64,000 bases of DNA from Thermoplasmata archaeon (GCA_021801925.1 JAKABH010000002.1:4560-68559), one strand, 5' to 3'. Positions 37,511 through 45,815 are shown, numbered from the stretch's first letter. Translations and numbers: made by a program. Notes: a model not told the origin generated them from the letters alone.

Positions 37511-37699
37511 TCAGAGGTAGTGGGAGAAGAGGAGGATCGCCACCAGGGCGATCGTCCCGTAGAGCAGATAGGTGTAGTTCCGCCGGCTGCGCTCGAGCTC
37601 GGCCCGCTTCTCGGCGCAGGCCGCACTGCACGTCCACTCGTCCGGCGCGCACGGCCGGCCGCAGCTGCGGCAGTGGCGGTGGGGGATCACGGCGGCCAC
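37511..37699 (-). CDS. DUF2116-type Zn-ribbon protein with C-terminal TM helix
   Basis: CRSCG...CSAAC cysteines, C-terminal YLLYGTIALVAILLF, GTG start. Confidence 0.7.
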   Translation of the reverse strand: MAAVIPHRHCRSCGRPCAPDEWTCSAACAEKRAELERSRRNYTYLLYGTIALVAILLFSHYL

Positions 37700-37723
37700 G
37701 CTCCGGCGAGCCGACGCGGCCGC

Positions 37724-40567
37724 TTAGCGTTGTGCCCCCCGGCCGCGGGCGGCCGGGCGGCGGCGTCCCGTCGTCGGGCTCCCCGTCAGGTCCGGGTCGG
37801 GCGGGGTCGGCGGGAACTCCTCGGTCTCGAGAAACGGCTCCGACCCCTCCGGGTCTCCGCTCCGGGGCTCCGGGACGTCGACGTCGTCGGCGGTCCGCCG
37901 ACCGGCCGGCGTCTCGTCAAGCTCCGGCACGAAGCCGGCGCCGGACTCCGAGAGCTGGCGGACGAGGTTCATCCAGACCTTGCTCTGGGTCGTCATCGTG
38001 TGCTCGAGGCGTCGGCGGAGGACGGCCTGCTCGTCGCGCAGCTCCGTCTCGACGCGGCGGAGCTCGCGGCCGAGGTCGCGGCGGAGCTGGCCGAAGCGGG
38101 CCTCGGTGTCGTCGGAGCGGGCGAGCATCTTCTCGATCTCCTCGATCCGCACCCACGTCTTGCGGACGAGCGGGAGCATCTTGTCGGAAAGTACCTGCGT
38201 GCGGCGGTCGAGTTCGTCCAGGTCCCGCCGGACCTTCGCCTCCATCGTACCGATCGCCTCCGCCCGCTCGGCGAGCTTCTGCTCGACCGCATCGAGGCGG
38301 TCCGCGTCCGGGCCCCGGTCGCGCGCGAGGCGCGACTCGAGCTCCCCCATCGCGCGGAGGTAGTCGCGCCGGGTCTCCTCGGCGGCCCGCTCGACCCGCT
38401 CGCGGACCGCGGCGTCGAACCGGGTCGAATCGATCGTCCGGGCGAGGGCCTGGTCGACCTCCCCCTTGAGCCGAGCGAGGAGCTCGACGTACTTCGCCCG
38501 CTCCTGATCCCCCTCCTCCCGGAGCTTCTGGTCGAGGTACGATTGCATCCGGACCTGGAGGCCGGCGAGCGATTTCGACTGGGTGTCGGCCATCTCGGCG
38601 AGGCGGGCCTCGCGCTCGACGTCGCTCCGATGCACGGATTGGGCGAGCCGCTCGTCGGTCGCCGCCCGGGCCTGGGCCAGCTCGTGATCGATGCGGGAGG
38701 CGGCTTCCTTCGCCCGCGTCTCGACGACGACGTCGAGGCGCGCCTCGAGATCCTTCGCCCGGCCTTCGACGAGCGCCGCCAGCCGCTGCTCGAGCTCGCG
38801 CCCTTCCTTCGCGCGCTTCGTATCGAGCTCCTGGGCGAGGCGGTCGACGATCGCGCGCACGTTCGCCTCGACCTGCTCGCGCAGGGCGGTACCCTGCTCC
38901 TTCACCTCGCGGAGCTCGAGGTCGAGCTGGGCCGCCAGCGACGCCCGGAGCTCCTCCTCCGACATCGCCCCGCGGGCCGCCGCCTCCTGGGCGATCCGAT
39001 CGAGCTCGCTGCGGAACGACGCCGTCCACTGCTCGGAGGCCGCCCGGACCGCCTGCCGCGCCAGCTCGGGAAGGCCGGCGATCGACGGGTCGACCGCGGC
39101 GCGCACCCGTTGTTCGACGGCGCGGCCGAGCGCCGCCTCGTCCGCGACCGGCCGGGCCTCGAGCGCCGCCAGCCGGGTCGAGAGGTCGTGGCGGCTCTGG
39201 GCGAGCGCGCGGGCCGCGCCCTCGCTCGCCTCGGCGAGGCGGGCGTCGAGCGTGGAGCGCAGCCGGTGCTCGACCTCCTCGGGGAGGGCGGCCGGGGGCT
39301 CCGCCGGCGGGGTCGGGGCGTGCACGGACGGGTCGTTCTGGACGGGAACGGGCACCTCGCCGGCCGGGGAGGCGGCCCCGTCGACCTCGACCGGGGCCGC
39401 GAGCCAGGGGGGGAGCGGCGCGGCGGCCGCGGAGACCGGGTCCCCCGGCGGCGCGGTCGACGGCGCGGGCACCGCCCCGCCGCTCCGGGGCGAGGCGGCG
39501 ACGTATTCCTGGGCACGTCGGGCCGCCTCCCGGCTCGTCGGCACCGTCCGGCCCCGGGGCCGGCTGAGCAGGAGGGCCGCCGTCTCCATGGCGGTGCCGA
39601 TCCGCCACATCTCCTTGCGACGATCCCGCCCGGCCTGCCGATCCGGGTCGGTCAATAGGGCGCCGAGGCGGGGCCCCTCGACGAGGTCGACCCGCCGGGC
39701 GATCTCCGCGAGGCGATCGTCCGCCCGGTCGCGGGCGTACTGCAGCACGAGCGGGAGGGCATCCTTGCTGGCGCGGGCCGTCGTCGGGCGGGTGAGGTCC
39801 CGGAGCGTCACGGACGCCGCGTCCCAGCCGGCGACCCGCTTCTGGTGCCGCTCGCCGGCCGCCTCGCCTTTCGGGACGCGCATCACCGCCAGGGCAAGCG
39901 GCAGCTGTTCGGTGAGCTGGTGGAGGTCGACCTTCGCCACCGGCAGGAAGTACGGGAAGACGAGGACGGCCCCGAGGGCCACGAGGGCCGTCGGAAGCTC
40001 GGCGACCAGCTGCAGGGCGACGCGGTTCACGGCCTCCCACTGGTCGGAGGCGATGAGGACGACCGGCTCCGTCGACCCCCGGTGGAAGAGGAACCCCTCC
40101 CCGACGCCCTGGTAGACCGACTGGTCGGGGTCGGCGGCGGGCCGTTCGTCGGCCGATCGGCCGCCCATCGTCGCGTGCGCCCGGAGCACGGTGGCGTTGA
40201 AGTCGCCGCTCGCGACGAGCCGGGCCGTGTCGAAGACGAGGGTCTTCATCCCGATGCGGGGGCGGTCCTCGGTGGAAAGGAACATCCGGCCGACGCACGT
40301 GTAGCGCCCCCCGGCGGCCGGGTAGAGGAAGAGGTTCGGATAGTAGGAGAGCGGGGAGGCCGGATCGGGGTCCCAGTAATCGTGCGTGTCGGCGACGTTG
40401 ACGGTGAGGTTGCCGACGATCCGGATCGTCTCGAGCGTCTCGCGCCGGCCCGGGAACTCCTCCGGGATGGTCGTGTATCCCGGGCTCTCCGCCTCGTTGT
40501 CGACCTGCCGGCACCAGACGACGGCGACCGGGGCGTGGCCGGCCGCGGCCGTCTCCGAGCCCCGCAT
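37724..40567 (-). CDS. 947-aa protein: globular N-terminal domain + Pro/Ala linker + ~460-aa coiled coil + acidic tail (function unknown)
   Basis: This is the last 947 codons of the 1707-aa ORF. ATG 40567 overlaps the upstream stop (TGATG). Composition changes from R/G/P noise to protein-like exactly here. The long E/R/A/L helical region runs from EVEHRLRSTLDARLAEA to VWMNLVRQLSES. Confidence 0.8.
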   Translation of the reverse strand: MRGSETAAAGHAPVAVVWCRQVDNEAESPGYTTIPEEFPGRRETLETIRIVGNLTVNVADTHDYWDPDPASPLSYYPNLFLYPAAGGRYTCVGRMFLSTEDRPRIGMKTLVFDTARLVASGDFNATVLRAHATMGGRSADERPAADPDQSVYQGVGEGFLFHRGSTEPVVLIASDQWEAVNRVALQLVAELPTALVALGAVLVFPYFLPVAKVDLHQLTEQLPLALAVMRVPKGEAAGERHQKRVAGWDAASVTLRDLTRPTTARASKDALPLVLQYARDRADDRLAEIARRVDLVEGPRLGALLTDPDRQAGRDRRKEMWRIGTAMETAALLLSRPRGRTVPTSREAARRAQEYVAASPRSGGAVPAPSTAPPGDPVSAAAAPLPPWLAAPVEVDGAASPAGEVPVPVQNDPSVHAPTPPAEPPAALPEEVEHRLRSTLDARLAEASEGAARALAQSRHDLSTRLAALEARPVADEAALGRAVEQRVRAAVDPSIAGLPELARQAVRAASEQWTASFRSELDRIAQEAAARGAMSEEELRASLAAQLDLELREVKEQGTALREQVEANVRAIVDRLAQELDTKRAKEGRELEQRLAALVEGRAKDLEARLDVVVETRAKEAASRIDHELAQARAATDERLAQSVHRSDVEREARLAEMADTQSKSLAGLQVRMQSYLDQKLREEGDQERAKYVELLARLKGEVDQALARTIDSTRFDAAVRERVERAAEETRRDYLRAMGELESRLARDRGPDADRLDAVEQKLAERAEAIGTMEAKVRRDLDELDRRTQVLSDKMLPLVRKTWVRIEEIEKMLARSDDTEARFGQLRRDLGRELRRVETELRDEQAVLRRRLEHTMTTQSKVWMNLVRQLSESGAGFVPELDETPAGRRTADDVDVPEPRSGDPEGSEPFLETEEFPPTPPDPDLTGSPTTGRRRPAARGRGAQR

Positions 40568-41733
40568 CACGCCCCCTGGGTCGCCCGACGCTCGAAGATC
40601 CGCTCGCACGCCCGCGCCAGCGGGAGCGTCGTGTTGACCATCACGGGGACGCCGAGGGTCGGCGAGCCGACCGTCGGGGCCTCCTCGCCGCCCTCGCCGA
40701 TCAGCATCGGGTGGCCGCCGCCCGACGAGACGGCGCTCGACACCAGGAAGACGTCCTGCTTCACGGAGATCCCGCGTCCCTCCTGGGCGACCAGGATCGT
40801 CCCCATGGCGCCGCCGTCGCGGCGGAGGAGGAAGTCGGTCGGATCGAACGTGCTCCGATAGGAGCGCTCCCGGACCGACTGCTCGATCTCCCCGTAGAAC
40901 TCCGGGAGCTTGTCGGCCTTCGACACCGCGATGACGAGGGGCAGGTTGCGGGTCCGGACGTACTTGAAGACGCCTCGGGCGAGGTTCACCTGCTGCGCCT
41001 GCTCGTGGAGCGACGCGAGCGCCGGGGAGAGGAGCAGGATCACCGCGTCGGCCCCTTGGACGAATCGACCGAGCAGCGTGAGCCCGCGGCGCCAGAGATC
41101 GCGGCGATCGGGCCGCCAGGAGTCGAAGTGGGGGATGACGCGGCAGTTCCGTTCGGCGACCTCCGCCTCCTCCGAATCGATCCAGAGCCGGTCGTAGGTG
41201 AAGTAGTCGGCGATGATCCCGCCGGCCTCGTCGATCGTCTGAAGTTCCATCGGTCGGGAGCCGACCTCGCCGTCCGGCGCGCCGTAGCGGAACCGCATCC
41301 GCATCTCGACGAACTGGTTGAACTTGGTCGGGAGGGGGTACTTCGTGAGCACGCCCTGCTCCTCGCGCCCGGCGGCGAGCTCGACCCAGAGCTTCTTGCG
41401 GTCCTCCATCGGTCGGTTTACGTAGTAGCGGGTCGTCGTCTCGAGGCCCCCTTCGGGGTCGGTCGGGTCGGTCGTCTCGTACGTCGTTTCCTCGAGGGCG
41501 ACGTCGTGCTCCAGATCCCCGAACAGCGGCAGCGCGCCGCGGTCCGGTCGGGCCGGCACGTAGAGGATCGGCAGGTTGAGCCCAAAGTGGCCGGCGAGGA
41601 ACCGGAAGTACGTCGTCTTCCCCGAGGCGGGAATGCCGACCACCGCGATGCGGGCCGATTCCGGCGTCTTCTTCGTCTCGCGCTTCGTCCCCGGCGCGCG
41701 CCGGCTCTTCGTCGTGACCTTGACCTCTCCCAT
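40567..41733 (-). CDS. Atypical P-loop GTPase-like protein
   Basis: G1 GIPASGKT (res 33-40), G3 DEAG (168-171), G4 SKAD (271-274), G5-like SSA (332-334). About 125-aa insertion between G1 and G3. Confidence 0.8.
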   Translation of the reverse strand: MGEVKVTTKSRRAPGTKRETKKTPESARIAVVGIPASGKTTYFRFLAGHFGLNLPILYVPARPDRGALPLFGDLEHDVALEETTYETTDPTDPEGGLETTTRYYVNRPMEDRKKLWVELAAGREEQGVLTKYPLPTKFNQFVEMRMRFRYGAPDGEVGSRPMELQTIDEAGGIIADYFTYDRLWIDSEEAEVAERNCRVIPHFDSWRPDRRDLWRRGLTLLGRFVQGADAVILLLSPALASLHEQAQQVNLARGVFKYVRTRNLPLVIAVSKADKLPEFYGEIEQSVRERSYRSTFDPTDFLLRRDGGAMGTILVAQEGRGISVKQDVFLVSSAVSSGGGHPMLIGEGGEEAPTVGSPTLGVPVMVNTTLPLARACERIFERRATQGA

Positions 41734-41748
41734 GTGGAATTCCCCTGG

Positions 41749-43248
41749 CTACCGCATCTCCGCGAGGCAGACCTCGATGAAATCGAGGGCCCCCTCCGCC
41801 ACCGGCCCGGCCGCGGCGAGCTCGAGCCGGGCGTCCTGGAGCCGGCCGAAGACCGCCTCGACCGCCGCCTCGTGCTGGATCGCCGCGTCCTGGAGGTCCG
41901 CCTCCCCGGCGAGCTGCGTGAGCTGGTAGGTCCCCCGCAGTTCCATCAGCCGGGCGAAGAGGTCGAGCACCCGGTGGCGGACCGCGGCATCGGCCCCGCC
42001 GAGCCGATGCTCCGTCTCGTCGATGAACCGGACGAGCGTCTCCGTCTCCTTGTCGTTCTGCATTCGGGCCTGGAGGAGCGCGAGCCGCCGCACGACCCGG
42101 GCCCGCGCGGGCTCGGGGATCTGCTCGACCTCGACCCACGCCTGGATGAGCGAACGGGCCGCCTCCACGATCGCCCGGCGGGCGAACTGGACGCGCGCCT
42201 CCCAGTAGAGCCGGGTCACCGGCGGGAGGACCCCGCCGGAGCGTCGGACGAGCTCCAGGGCCCGGTCGAACTGGCCCGCGAGGTAGGCGTCGACGATCTC
42301 GCCCAGCGGGCCGTACCGCTCCGAAAGGTTCGCCGGAGCCGGGCCGGATCCGCTCGGGGAGGCGACCACCCCGACCTCGAACTCCGGTGCCTCGGTATAC
42401 GCCTCCTCCGCGTTCGGGCCCACCGTCGCGAGGCGCGAGACGGTCGCATGCTGCTGCGGCTCCTTGAGCGCCCGCGCCGCGCTCGCCGCGTGCCGGGCGA
42501 GTTCCTCCGGGTGGAGATCCTCGATCGGCCGGGCCTCCTCGTACTCGACGTCGAGGAAGGCATGGACCATCTGGGCGAAGAGGGCACTGCCGGTCGTGAC
42601 CTCCTGGTAGCTGAACGCCGCCGGCAGCCCGAGCGCCTGGGCCCGGTGGGTCAGCCGTCCGAGGAACTCCTGCATCCGCGCCCCGTCGACGCCCTTGTCC
42701 CGCTCCATGCCGCTGCCGATCCCGATCACCCGGAGCGAGAGCGCCGACTGCGCGGGCAGCATGTACTCGACGAGATCGGGGCGTCCGTTCGGCGGGGCAT
42801 CCGCCCCCGGGGCCGCGACGGCGAACCGGGTCGATGCGTTGTCCCACCCGTCGGTGACGAGGACGAGGGTGCCGTGGACGCCGCGGGAGCCGATCCGCAG
42901 GAGGTCGGCCCCGGCGGCGAGGGCGTCCCAGATCGCCGACCGGCCGCTCGGGGCGAGCATCGAGATGAGGTTCTCGATGTACGGGAGCTGCTCGGGGTGG
43001 ATCTCCGCGAGCGGCACGGGCGCCCGGACGCTCTCGGTGAACGTGACGAGGCCGAACCGCGCCCCCGAATGCGCCGCGTCCTGGAGGATCCGGAAGACCG
43101 CGGTACGGGCGACCTCGATCTTCGGTCGCTCGCCGCGGGGGGAGTCGGGATCCGGCAGCGGCGCGAGCATGCTCTTCGACAGATCGAGGACGAGGACGTT
43201 CCGTTCGCGGCCCAGTTCGGCGGGAGGAACGTCGGTGGGACCTTCCAT
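41749..43248 (-). CDS. von Willebrand factor A (vWA) domain protein with helical C-terminal half
   Basis: MIDAS residues D22-L-S-K-S26, T in VTFTES, D in LVTDGWDN. The C-terminal ~270 aa are helical-looking. Confidence 0.85.
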   Translation of the reverse strand: MEGPTDVPPAELGRERNVLVLDLSKSMLAPLPDPDSPRGERPKIEVARTAVFRILQDAAHSGARFGLVTFTESVRAPVPLAEIHPEQLPYIENLISMLAPSGRSAIWDALAAGADLLRIGSRGVHGTLVLVTDGWDNASTRFAVAAPGADAPPNGRPDLVEYMLPAQSALSLRVIGIGSGMERDKGVDGARMQEFLGRLTHRAQALGLPAAFSYQEVTTGSALFAQMVHAFLDVEYEEARPIEDLHPEELARHAASAARALKEPQQHATVSRLATVGPNAEEAYTEAPEFEVGVVASPSGSGPAPANLSERYGPLGEIVDAYLAGQFDRALELVRRSGGVLPPVTRLYWEARVQFARRAIVEAARSLIQAWVEVEQIPEPARARVVRRLALLQARMQNDKETETLVRFIDETEHRLGGADAAVRHRVLDLFARLMELRGTYQLTQLAGEADLQDAAIQHEAAVEAVFGRLQDARLELAAAGPVAEGALDFIEVCLAEMR

Positions 43249-43459
43249 CTACCCGCTCCGCCCCGGTTCGGTCGCCCGCGCCCCGGGCCGACCGTCGGCC
43301 GGCTCCCGGGGGACGCTCGCCGCAGCATTTACCCCGGGTGGGGTATTTCTGGCTTCCGCCGGCGCGAGGGCGTATAACCGGGGCCGGGCCGCCGACGACG
43401 CCGCCGGTTCCCCCCCTCGCTCACGGCGGGGCGACCGTGACGGACGCCCGGAGCCATCG

Positions 43460-43466
43460 TTATAAA
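43460..43466 (+). promoter_or_regulatory. TATA-like box (TTATAAA) 30 nt upstream of the rps17e ATG
   Basis: The only AT-rich heptamer in the spacer. The distance fits a leaderless mRNA. Confidence 0.45.
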
Positions 43467-43489
43467 CGGTCAACCCTCGGGCGGCGCGC

Positions 43490-43714
43490 ATGGGCAACAT
43501 CCGCCAGACGTACATCAAGCGGGTCGCGATCGAACTGATCCGCACGCACCCCGAGTCGTTCGACGGGGACTTCGCGCACAACAAGGCGAAGGTCCTCGAG
43601 CTGACCGACCTCGGCGTGGTCGTCGACGGGCAGATGCAGGTCCATTACAAGAAGCTCGCCAACCGCATCGCGGGTTACGCGACGCGGTACATGAAGCGCA
43701 AGCGGGGCACGTAG
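43490..43714 (+). CDS. rps17e: 30S ribosomal protein S17e
   Basis: MGNIRQTYIKRVAIELI...DF..NKAKV pattern, 74 aa. Confidence 0.9.
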   Translation: MGNIRQTYIKRVAIELIRTHPESFDGDFAHNKAKVLELTDLGVVVDGQMQVHYKKLANRIAGYATRYMKRKRGT

Positions 43715-43753
43715 CGCCTTCGCCCGCCGGCGGCGCGGGCCCCCGATGGGCCG

Positions 43754-44419
43754 TCAGTCGAACAGCGCGAGTCCTTCCTGCAGGTGGACGATCTCCACCG
43801 GGGTCGTCGGGCGCCCGACCAGCATCCCGCGGGCGTTCGCGACGAGGCAGGCGCCGACGATCGGCACCCCGAAGTTCGCCGTCGACCGGTGCACCGGCAC
43901 CCCGAGCTGGGAGGCGACCAGCTCCGCCTCGGCCTCCGTGGCGCGCGGGTGGAGGACGACGCCCCGGTTGGTCGCGACCCCCGCCATCCCGACGGTACCG
44001 AGGCCCGCCACGGTCCCCCGCCGGACCGGCACGCCGAGGCCCCGCGCGATCGCCTGCAGCGCCGTGTCGGAGAACTCCGGATGGACGATCGCCCCGTGGT
44101 CGTTCGCCAGGATGTTGTTCCCGAGGGCGTTCTGGCGGGTGCGGACGACCGTCACCGGGCCGACCGCCTCGAGGGAGACCCGCTCCTCGTCGGCGAGGTC
44201 GTCCCCCACGACGACCCCGGAGGCGGTGAGCGCGACGAGCGCGCCGACGACCTCGCTCTCGCCGACGTTGGTGCGGACGACCGTGACCGAGAGGAGGCGG
44301 GCGATCTCGCGGGCAAGCGCCGCCGGGACCGCGGCGGGAACGATCGCGAACCGGTCGTCGACGCGGAGGTAGACCCCGAGATAGGGGCTCCCCCCGTAGA
44401 GGGTGCGACCGACCGGCAC
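43754..44419 (-). CDS. eif6: Translation initiation factor 6 (aIF6)
   Basis: Five-fold pseudo-repeat with NVGESEVVGALVALTASG, GNNILANDHGAIVHP, GTVGMAGVATNRG. Confidence 0.92.
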   Translation of the reverse strand: MPVGRTLYGGSPYLGVYLRVDDRFAIVPAAVPAALAREIARLLSVTVVRTNVGESEVVGALVALTASGVVVGDDLADEERVSLEAVGPVTVVRTRQNALGNNILANDHGAIVHPEFSDTALQAIARGLGVPVRRGTVAGLGTVGMAGVATNRGVVLHPRATEAEAELVASQLGVPVHRSTANFGVPIVGACLVANARGMLVGRPTTPVEIVHLQEGLALFD

Positions 44420-44441
44420 GGAGCGGAGGCTCCTCGTCCGG

Positions 44442-44747
44442 CTACTCGGTGTCGAGGAGGTCGACCTCGATGAGGCCGTCCTCGAACCGGATCGCCTTGA
44501 CCCGGACCCGGCTCGGGATGTGCTGGATCCCCCGCTCCCAGACGTGCTCGTTCAGCCGCGGGTCGATCCAGACGTCCTCGGGGCGGCCCTTCATGTGCCG
44601 GACGACGAACCGGCGGACGGTCTCGAGCGCGTGGCCGGCGCGGCGGCGCCGGGACGGCTGGTGCTGGCTCGCCCGCAGGGGGATCACGTACTCGCGCTCC
44701 AGTTCCTCGCCGCGGCGGGCGCTCGGGGTCTTCGCCTTGGATGCCAT
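44442..44747 (-). CDS. rpl31e: 50S ribosomal protein L31e
   Basis: EREYVIPLR...VWIDPRLNEHVWERGIQHIPSRVRV pattern. Confidence 0.9.
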   Translation of the reverse strand: MASKAKTPSARRGEELEREYVIPLRASQHQPSRRRRAGHALETVRRFVVRHMKGRPEDVWIDPRLNEHVWERGIQHIPSRVRVKAIRFEDGLIEVDLLDTE

Positions 44748-44762
44748 CGATCGCTCCCCTTC

Positions 44763-44921
44763 CTACTTGTGGAGATGCCCGCGCTTCCAGGTGTGGCGCT
44801 TCGGATGCCGGGTGACCCGGCGTTCGGTCCGCTGCATCACCCAGGCCGGCACACGGCGGTTCTGCCGCACGACGCGGAACAGACGGATCTTCCGGGCCAA
44901 GCTCTTCCTGCGATTCGCCAT
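44763..44921 (-). CDS. rpl39e: 50S ribosomal protein L39e (52 aa; absent from the supplied ORF track)
   Basis: My hand translation of the minus strand gives [52 protein letters not shown]. It sits in the conserved position between the PDCD5-like gene and L31e. Confidence 0.88.
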   Translation of the reverse strand: MANRRKSLARKIRLFRVVRQNRRVPAWVMQRTERRVTRHPKRHTWKRGHLHK

Positions 44922-44936
44922 CTTATCGTCCCTCGA

Positions 44937-45293
44937 TCAGCGTCGGGTGATCTTGATCTCGCGCCGCTCGGGCATCACCCGCTCGAGCAACGCGCGGAGG
45001 GAAGCGTCGTCGATCTGGCGCTGGAGCCGACCGGAGGCGGCCAGCGAGATCAGCTGCTGCTCGACGGAGCCGGCGACCTCGGGCTTCGCCAGCCGGATGC
45101 GGCCGAGCCGCTCCCGCGCCTCGGGCGTGAGGATCCGACGCAGGATCTCGGCCCGCTCCGCCTCGCGGCGTTGCATCTCGGCGTCCTGCTGCGCATACGC
45201 GGCCTGCGCCGCGCCGTAGTCGGCAGGACCCTGCGATTCCTGCAGCTGCTGGAGCCGGCGGCGCCGCAGTTCCTCGAGTTCCGAGTCGCCCAT
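44937..45293 (-). CDS. PDCD5/TFAR19-like DNA-binding protein
   Basis: Pattern LTPEARERLGRIRLAKPEVAGSVEQQLISLAASGRL. Conserved neighbour of rps19e and rpl39e in archaea. Confidence 0.8.
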   Translation of the reverse strand: MGDSELEELRRRRLQQLQESQGPADYGAAQAAYAQQDAEMQRREAERAEILRRILTPEARERLGRIRLAKPEVAGSVEQQLISLAASGRLQRQIDDASLRALLERVMPERREIKITRR

Positions 45294-45326
45294 GCCTCTC
45301 CACTCCCCGGCCCCGCGGCAATGGCG

Positions 45327-45782
45327 TCAGAGATACTTGGCGAGTTCGGGTCGTTCGGCGACGAGGCTCTTCATCGTCGCGGCCGAGACCTGGTCCAGCA
45401 ACTGGAGCCCCTTCGGGGTGATCCGCCGACCCTGGTTCTTGTACGCCTGGACCAGGCCCGCCTTCTCGAGCTGCTGGACGATCTCCCGCAGCACCGCGCG
45501 GGAGCCCGAGCGGGCGTGATACGGGGCGCTGCCCCGGTCGCGCTTGCCTCCGTATTCCGCCGCGAGCCGCTCCGTGCCGACGATGCCGAGCACGAAGATC
45601 TTGCGGAGCACCGAGGCGCTCCGCAGGTACCACCAGTCCGGAGAGGTCGGTCCCCGCTGCTTGTGGACGCCGGTCTTGACGAACGTCGCCCACGGCGGGG
45701 GCGCGACCGCGTGGCGACTCTTCAGTTCCGCCGCGAGCGGCGGGAGGAGCTTCGAGGGCGGGACGTCGTGGGGATGGGTCAT
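45327..45782 (-). CDS. rps19e: 30S ribosomal protein S19e
   Basis: PPWATFVKTGVHKQRGPTSPDWWYLRSASVLRKI pattern. Only the last 151 codons of the 662-aa ORF. Confidence 0.9.
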   Translation of the reverse strand: MTHPHDVPPSKLLPPLAAELKSRHAVAPPPWATFVKTGVHKQRGPTSPDWWYLRSASVLRKIFVLGIVGTERLAAEYGGKRDRGSAPYHARSGSRAVLREIVQQLEKAGLVQAYKNQGRRITPKGLQLLDQVSAATMKSLVAERPELAKYL

Positions 45783-45808
45783 GGAGCGGCGCGGCCACCC
45801 GGCCCGCC

Positions 45809-45815
45809 TATTTAA
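45809..45815 (-). promoter_or_regulatory. TATA-like box (TTAAATA on the minus strand) about 30 nt upstream of the rps19e ATG
   Basis: AT-rich heptamer in a GC-rich spacer at the distance expected for a leaderless mRNA. Confidence 0.45.

Noticed and set aside
37520-40514. Long ORFs 37520..39658 (+, 712 aa) and 37917..40514 (-, 865 aa) across the coiled-coil gene
   Set aside because: They are antisense or alternative-frame products of GC-rich repetitive GAG/CGC/GCC codons. The composition is dominated by R/G/P and there are no motifs.
40568-42847. N-terminal 760 aa of the 1707-aa ORF (37724..42847, minus strand), which would make one giant protein
   Set aside because: That part is R/G/P/A-rich with no motifs, and it overlaps the well-supported vWA and GTPase genes in another frame. 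Protein-like sequence begins exactly at ATG 40567, which overlaps the GTPase stop.
40711-43377. 888-aa plus-strand ORF
   Set aside because: It is antisense to the vWA and GTPase genes, with noise-like composition.
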